Positions 46,276 through 50,706 of a stretch of 50,706 bases of DNA are shown in pieces (the first letter of the stretch is position 1; every line of letters begins with the position of its first letter). The notes under the pieces are model-generated. The model searched no databases and was not told the origin of the DNA. It worked only from the letters and a program-made list of their open reading frames with translations. A program made the translations under genes and the position numbers. The stretch comes from an uncultured bacterium (GTDB lineage Bacteria > Nitrospirota > Thermodesulfovibrionia > UBA6902). The DNA lies in assembly GCA_965603765.1 (NCBI GenBank), contig CBFDEG010000003.1, forward strand, positions 1 to 50,706. Reading direction: 5' to 3'.

Positions 46276-46824
46276 ATGAGCAAGACAAAAGAAGAACAGA
46301 CATCAGATGAGAAATGTCTGAGCCGACGCAATCTGCTTAAGACAGCCGGATGCGCGGGAGCAGCAGCATTGTTTCTCGGCGGACTGGCAACAAAAGTAGA
46401 TGCTGCAACAGGAAAGACCTATCCGCAGGTCAAGATCGCAAATCTCAGAAACATTCAGGAGGGCAATCCGGTCCATTTCGATTACCCGCTGATCGGCAGA
46501 AAAAGTCTGCTGGTAGACTGCGGCTGTAATGTTGAAGGCGGAATCGGACCGAACAAAAGCATAGTTGCATACAGCATGTTCTGTACGCATCTGGGCTGCG
46601 GTGTTGAACTCGACAGAAACACAGGAATGCTTATGTGCGAATGTCATCAGACAGTATACAATCCAAAGCAGAGCGGCCAGGTAGTTGAAGGGCCTGCACC
46701 GAGCAATCTTCCGATGATCAGCCTGGAAATAGACAAAGCCACTGGGGATGTTTACGCGATAGGTGTTGCCGGACTGATCTACGGACTCAGAAACAATCTG
46801 CTTGACGGGGAGGAGGTAAAATAA
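46276..46824 (+). CDS. Tat-exported Rieske small subunit, AioB/IdrB-like
   Basis: GGGGGAG RBS, SRRNLLK Tat motif, YP..KIANL, FDYP, GGIGP...IVAYS, CTHLGC and CECH, GLIYG. Confidence 0.92.
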   Translation: MSKTKEEQTSDEKCLSRRNLLKTAGCAGAAALFLGGLATKVDAATGKTYPQVKIANLRNIQEGNPVHFDYPLIGRKSLLVDCGCNVEGGIGPNKSIVAYSMFCTHLGCGVELDRNTGMLMCECHQTVYNPKQSGQVVEGPAPSNLPMISLEIDKATGDVYAIGVAGLIYGLRNNLLDGEEVK

Positions 46825-46825
46825 C

Positions 46826-49180
46826 ATGGCCAATGATAAAAAGTTTTCACGAAGAGATCTGTTAAAAGTATCTGCTGCAGGTGCTGCAGGTGCATGTGTT
46901 ATGACAAATGGTATGCCTGCTTTTGCAGCTGAGAAATTTCCTGACGCCAAAGCAAGTGAATTCGCTGAACTTCCTCCGAAAAACGCGGAGACATATGATA
47001 CTGCCTGCCGTTACTGCCATGTAATGTGCGGATATAAGGTTTACATATGGAAAAAGGGTACCGGCCGCAAGCCTGAGAAAGAAAAGTTCTACCCGGTTGA
47101 AAAGATGAGAGGCGACTGGCCTAACTCTGTATTTACAATTGAGGCCAAAAAGAACGGCAAAGATGTAAATATCATGGTAGTGCCTGATCAGAAGGACACA
47201 GCAAGTAAATCAAACTACTCTGTAAGGGGCGCATATAATGCACAGAGTCTTTACTCTGAAAAGCTTCCTACAAAGATCCGTCTCAAAAAACCGATGATCC
47301 GCAGAAACGGTAAGAGCAGTCCGCTTACAGAAGTATCATGGGATGAGGCCATTACTTTCTGTGCCGATAATTTCAAGAAGATCATTGACGAACACGGTCC
47401 TGACTCACTGGGTGTTGTTTATGGTGACTGGGGTTACCTCCAGAACAGCTATGCAATACTCAACTGGCTCTTTAAAGGGGTCAAATCAAGCACACTTGGC
47501 GGTAATGGTTACCTCTTCTGGGGTGATGAGAGCGCGGGTCTTGCTGATGTAGTAGGATCAGGTACAAGGTCATTTACCGTAGAGGATTATGACAAATCAA
47601 AACTTCTGTTCATGGCAGGTAAGAACATGAAGGACACAGGTTCTTCATGGTACTACCGCGCTCTGACATCAGGCGGTCTTAACAACGGCGACATGAAGAT
47701 GATATTCGTTGACCCGAGAAGAGTGCAGATGGCAGATGACGCAGAAAAGAGCGGCGGGCTTTTCCTCCAGATAAACCCTGGAACAGACGCAATTCTTGGA
47801 GCATCAATCATGAATGTGCTTGTCAAGAACAACATGTATGACAAGGATTTCGTTGCTAAGCACACAACCGGTTTCAGTACATTGAAGAGGACCGTGCTGA
47901 ACAAGAGATTTGAACCTGAGAATGCCGAAAAGGTCACAGGCGTTCCTGCCAGCAAAGTAAGGGCAGCAGCGGAACTGCTCTCAAGATACAAAGGCCGGAC
48001 AATGGTACAGTTTGAAAAGGGTATCATGCACCAGGTCATAGGATATGAGAATGAAGTGGCCTACAGCGCACTCGGCATAATCCTCGGCAATGCAGGAAAA
48101 CCCGGAGCATGTACTTCAAGGGCAGGCGGACATCCAAGGGGAACCTGGGCAGACCCGTCAGTCCCGAACGGTGCAAGTTCCATGAGGAGCGTACTTGATA
48201 AGGTTGACAAGGGCGAAGTAAAAGCGCTCTGGTCCTTTATCACCAATCTCTATGTACAGTTCCCGAACCAGAAGAAGTACCGTCCGAAATACGAAAAGAT
48301 GTTCCTCGTTGTCAATGAGATATATCCTACAGAGAACACAGAGAATGCAGACGTTGTATTCCCTGCAGCAACCTGGGGTGAGTGGGGAACAATTCAGGCA
48401 AGTGAGGACAGAAGACTTCATCTGCAGCAGGGCTTCATGGAAGCTCCCGGAGATGCAAAGCCTGACTGGTGGATAGTAAGCCAGCTTGCTGAAAAGATGG
48501 GGATTTCAGGTCTCAGCTGGAAGAACGAAGAAGAGATATATGACGAGGTAAGGGCAAAAACAAAAGGCTCTTCCACAAGTGATATATCCGAGATAAGCTG
48601 GAGCGACCTCAAAAAATCCGGAACCTCCGGCATACAGTTCCCTAAAAAGAACCGTAAAAGCATCTCAAGGCTCTATTCTCAGGAATTTGAAAATGCAATG
48701 GGCGGACGTTTTGCAACAAGTGACGGCAAGGCGCATCTTGCACCGGTCAAATCTCTTGCAAAACTCGATCCGTACAATCATAAACTGCGTGACAAGATCA
48801 CAGACAAGTATCCGCTCTGGATGATCATGCACCGCGCCAATGAGAACTGGAACTCAGGTTACAACTTCTACAGCAACGGCAAGAACGTACCGTTGACCCC
48901 GGCCCTCTACAAGAGGATCTCGGAGCAGCCTGTCAGCATGAGCTCTCAGGACGCAAAGACAATGGGAGTAAAAACTGGTGACTGGGTCAATGTCAACTCA
49001 AGAAACGGAAGTTTCAAAGGCATTGTCAAAGTAGAAGAAGTATGCGCACCGGGTGTCATTGATGTTATTTCACTCTATCCAAAGGGAGAATCAACACCGA
49101 ACTTTGCTACCAGTGAAAAAGCTGATCCCAAGCTTGCAGAGTGGGACAGGATGGTACCGGTAAACATTACGAAAGTATAG
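46826..49180 (+). CDS. DMSO-reductase-family molybdoenzyme large subunit, AioA/IdrA-related but divergent
   Basis: SRRDLLK Tat motif, [3Fe-4S] motif CRYCHVMC...SVRG, SWDEA, VDPR, PGTD, FEKG, RAGGH, ADVVFPAA, C-terminal molydopterin-binding domain. Confidence 0.92.
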   Translation: MANDKKFSRRDLLKVSAAGAAGACVMTNGMPAFAAEKFPDAKASEFAELPPKNAETYDTACRYCHVMCGYKVYIWKKGTGRKPEKEKFYPVEKMRGDWPNSVFTIEAKKNGKDVNIMVVPDQKDTASKSNYSVRGAYNAQSLYSEKLPTKIRLKKPMIRRNGKSSPLTEVSWDEAITFCADNFKKIIDEHGPDSLGVVYGDWGYLQNSYAILNWLFKGVKSSTLGGNGYLFWGDESAGLADVVGSGTRSFTVEDYDKSKLLFMAGKNMKDTGSSWYYRALTSGGLNNGDMKMIFVDPRRVQMADDAEKSGGLFLQINPGTDAILGASIMNVLVKNNMYDKDFVAKHTTGFSTLKRTVLNKRFEPENAEKVTGVPASKVRAAAELLSRYKGRTMVQFEKGIMHQVIGYENEVAYSALGIILGNAGKPGACTSRAGGHPRGTWADPSVPNGASSMRSVLDKVDKGEVKALWSFITNLYVQFPNQKKYRPKYEKMFLVVNEIYPTENTENADVVFPAATWGEWGTIQASEDRRLHLQQGFMEAPGDAKPDWWIVSQLAEKMGISGLSWKNEEEIYDEVRAKTKGSSTSDISEISWSDLKKSGTSGIQFPKKNRKSISRLYSQEFENAMGGRFATSDGKAHLAPVKSLAKLDPYNHKLRDKITDKYPLWMIMHRANENWNSGYNFYSNGKNVPLTPALYKRISEQPVSMSSQDAKTMGVKTGDWVNVNSRNGSFKGIVKVEEVCAPGVIDVISLYPKGESTPNFATSEKADPKLAEWDRMVPVNITKV

Positions 49181-49191
49181 TATCATAGGAA

Positions 49192-49229
49192 CAGAGGCAC
49201 AAAGTAGGCAATCATACTTTGTGCCTCTG
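49192..49229 (+). terminator. Perfect 15-bp stem-loop after the molybdoenzyme gene
   Basis: CAGAGGCACAAAGTA-GGCAATCA-TACTTTGTGCCTCTG. Confidence 0.6.
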
Positions 49230-49264
49230 CCACTTTGCCGCTCTGTCCCTTTGTTATTAATCTA

Positions 49265-49789
49265 ATGAAAAACAATATTGATCAAAAACATATCAGCAGA
49301 CGTTCTTTCCTCAGCATTGCAGGCTGGGGATCTTTCTTTTTAACGATCGGCATATTCATTACAGGCTCAATAAGGTTTTTATTTCCGAGAGTGCTTTTTG
49401 AAAAGCCCTCAGTTTTTTCAATAGGCTTCCCGGATGAGTTCAAAGCAAATAAAATGGCTGACCCAAACGGTGTCTGCCATGTATATGAACAATGGAAGCT
49501 GGACCAGTCGGTCTGGATAGTCAGGGAGGAAGAACGCATATACGCGATACATGCAAAATGCACTCACCTCGGCTGCACACCAAAATGGTTTGCAGATGAA
49601 GGCGTCTTTAAATGCCCCTGCCATGGAAGTCAGTTCACCAGCAATGGAGTTAATTTCACAGGACCGGCGCCAAGGCCGCTCGACCGCTTTCAGATATATC
49701 TTGGAGAAGACGGAAAGATACTCATAGATAAGAGCAGGACATATACCTTTAGGGAGTGTGATAAGCAAGGAGCTTATTTAAAGATATAA
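49265..49789 (+). CDS. Rieske iron-sulfur subunit of a cytochrome bc/b6-type complex
   Basis: SRRSFL Tat anchor, RFLFP, CTHLGC and CPCHGS, GPAPRPL. Confidence 0.93.
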   Translation: MKNNIDQKHISRRSFLSIAGWGSFFLTIGIFITGSIRFLFPRVLFEKPSVFSIGFPDEFKANKMADPNGVCHVYEQWKLDQSVWIVREEERIYAIHAKCTHLGCTPKWFADEGVFKCPCHGSQFTSNGVNFTGPAPRPLDRFQIYLGEDGKILIDKSRTYTFRECDKQGAYLKI

Positions 49790-49907
49790 ATAACAAATGA
49801 CAAGCACCAAATTTCAAATTACAATGACCAAAACCTGCGTGTTTATGATTTCGATATTGTAGTTTGTTATTTATTTGATATTTATTATTTGTTATTTGGA
49901 ATTTTGA
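49788..49907. repeat. Inverted heptamer-repeat element
   Basis: AAATAAC/AAATGAC/AAGCACC/AAATTTC... arm facing ...TTTGTTA/TTTATTA/TTTGTTA/TTTGGAA arm. Confidence 0.6.
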
Positions 49908-49943
49908 GGATTTCCGGGCCAACGTGCCCATACATATAAAAAC

Positions 49944-50705
49944 ATGACCGATAAAAGAAATCTTAAGGAGCGTATAACAAATTCCCGGATATGGAAATCC
50001 GTGTTCCGGCATGATTATGAAGATACTGATGCAAACAGGGTGCGCCAGGTGCGCTCCAATATCTTTCTTCATATTCATCCGCCCAAAATACCGTCCCATG
50101 CAAAGAAAATACGCTTTACATGGTGCATGGGAGGGATCACATTTTTCCTGTTTCTGGTGGAAATAATTACAGGCATCCTATTGATGTTCTATTATCGGCC
50201 TGTTACTGAATACGCTTATTTAGACATGAAATATCTGGAGTTTGATGTACCCTTCGGCATGATATTGAGAAACATTCACCGGTGGGCCGCGCATCTGATG
50301 GTAGGTACGGTCATGCTCCATATGTTGAGAGTATTTCTCACAGGCTCATATAAACCGCCGAGGGAATTTAACTGGGTCATAGGAGTAAGCCTGCTTGTGC
50401 TGACCTTACTGCTGAGCTTCACAGGCTACCTCCTTCCATGGGACCAGCTTGCGTACTGGGCAATAACAGTCGGCACAAACATGCTCAGGGCCGCACCGTT
50501 CCTGGGCCATGAAGGCCCGTTTGCTTTATTAAATAAATATAACGATCTCCGGTTCATCCTGCTTGGAGGGACCGAAATAGGGGCCAATGCGCTCCTGCGG
50601 TTTTATGTTTTGCACATAATGTTACTGCCAGCTGCTGCACTTGTATTGATGGGAGTACATTTCTGGAGAATAAGAAAAGATGGAGGGATCTCAAAACCAC
50701 TATAA
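49944..50705 (+). CDS. Cytochrome b6-type (split, four-helix) cytochrome b
   Basis: WCMGG (heme ci Cys position), IHRWAAHLM...[25 protein letters not shown]...[14 protein letters not shown]. Confidence 0.95.
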   Translation: MTDKRNLKERITNSRIWKSVFRHDYEDTDANRVRQVRSNIFLHIHPPKIPSHAKKIRFTWCMGGITFFLFLVEIITGILLMFYYRPVTEYAYLDMKYLEFDVPFGMILRNIHRWAAHLMVGTVMLHMLRVFLTGSYKPPREFNWVIGVSLLVLTLLLSFTGYLLPWDQLAYWAITVGTNMLRAAPFLGHEGPFALLNKYNDLRFILLGGTEIGANALLRFYVLHIMLLPAAALVLMGVHFWRIRKDGGISKPL

Positions 50706-50706
50706 A

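Noticed and set aside
46276-49180. Calling the enzyme canonical arsenite oxidase aioBA
   Set aside because: The HNRPAYNSE motif is absent, the large subunit has its own Tat leader, and the sensor lacks the AioX Cys. Only family-level assignment is supportable.
46276-49180. Calling it iodate reductase idrAB
   Set aside because: Gene order is B then A, and no idrP1/P2 diheme peroxidases follow within the window. It cannot be fully excluded without a phylogeny.
44580-49180. Selenocysteine recoding in ArsS or the molybdoenzyme
   Set aside because: Both ORFs are full length with no in-frame TGA and end at TAA or TAG.
1-50706. tRNA, rRNA, intact transposase or integrase genes
   Set aside because: None was recognised in the intergenic regions or the ORF track.

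Overview
Bacterial chromosomal window of moderate GC. The gene content and style suggest Nitrospirota or Desulfobacterota, which is an inference. There are four blocks. (1) 1-6.8 kb: the end of an L,D-transpeptidase gene and a MacB/LolD-type ABC system with an atypical ZnuA-like metal-binding protein. (2) 6.8-32 kb: an envelope/lipid-trafficking island (FadL, DUF3313 x2, PlpD-type patatin, Mla/Pqi system, hydrolase, AI-2E, pentameric ligand-gated ion channel, Usp, AsmA). It surrounds a fused NarL-type response regulator/MalT-type STAND regulator with two LuxR HTHs, and its promoters carry two distinct repeated boxes at the -35 position. (3) mutL, then an AT-rich integrase-less integron cassette cluster (attC, 5'-truncated group IIC-attC intron, two toxin-antitoxin pairs), then a B12 radical SAM and a GT2 gene. 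(4) 39.5-50.7 kb, the most novel locus: an aioXSR-like sensor trio and a sigma-54 promoter upstream of an orphan amino-acid-type binding protein, an ArsS-like radical SAM, cytochrome c, an AioB-like Rieske protein, a divergent AioA/IdrA-family molybdoenzyme (own Tat signal, rebuilt aromatic active-site segments) and a b6-type Rieske/cytochrome b complex. This is a candidate new (organo)metalloid redox system. GTAG-type REP palindromes and heptamer-repeat elements are dispersed throughout. No rRNA, tRNA or CRISPR array was seen.
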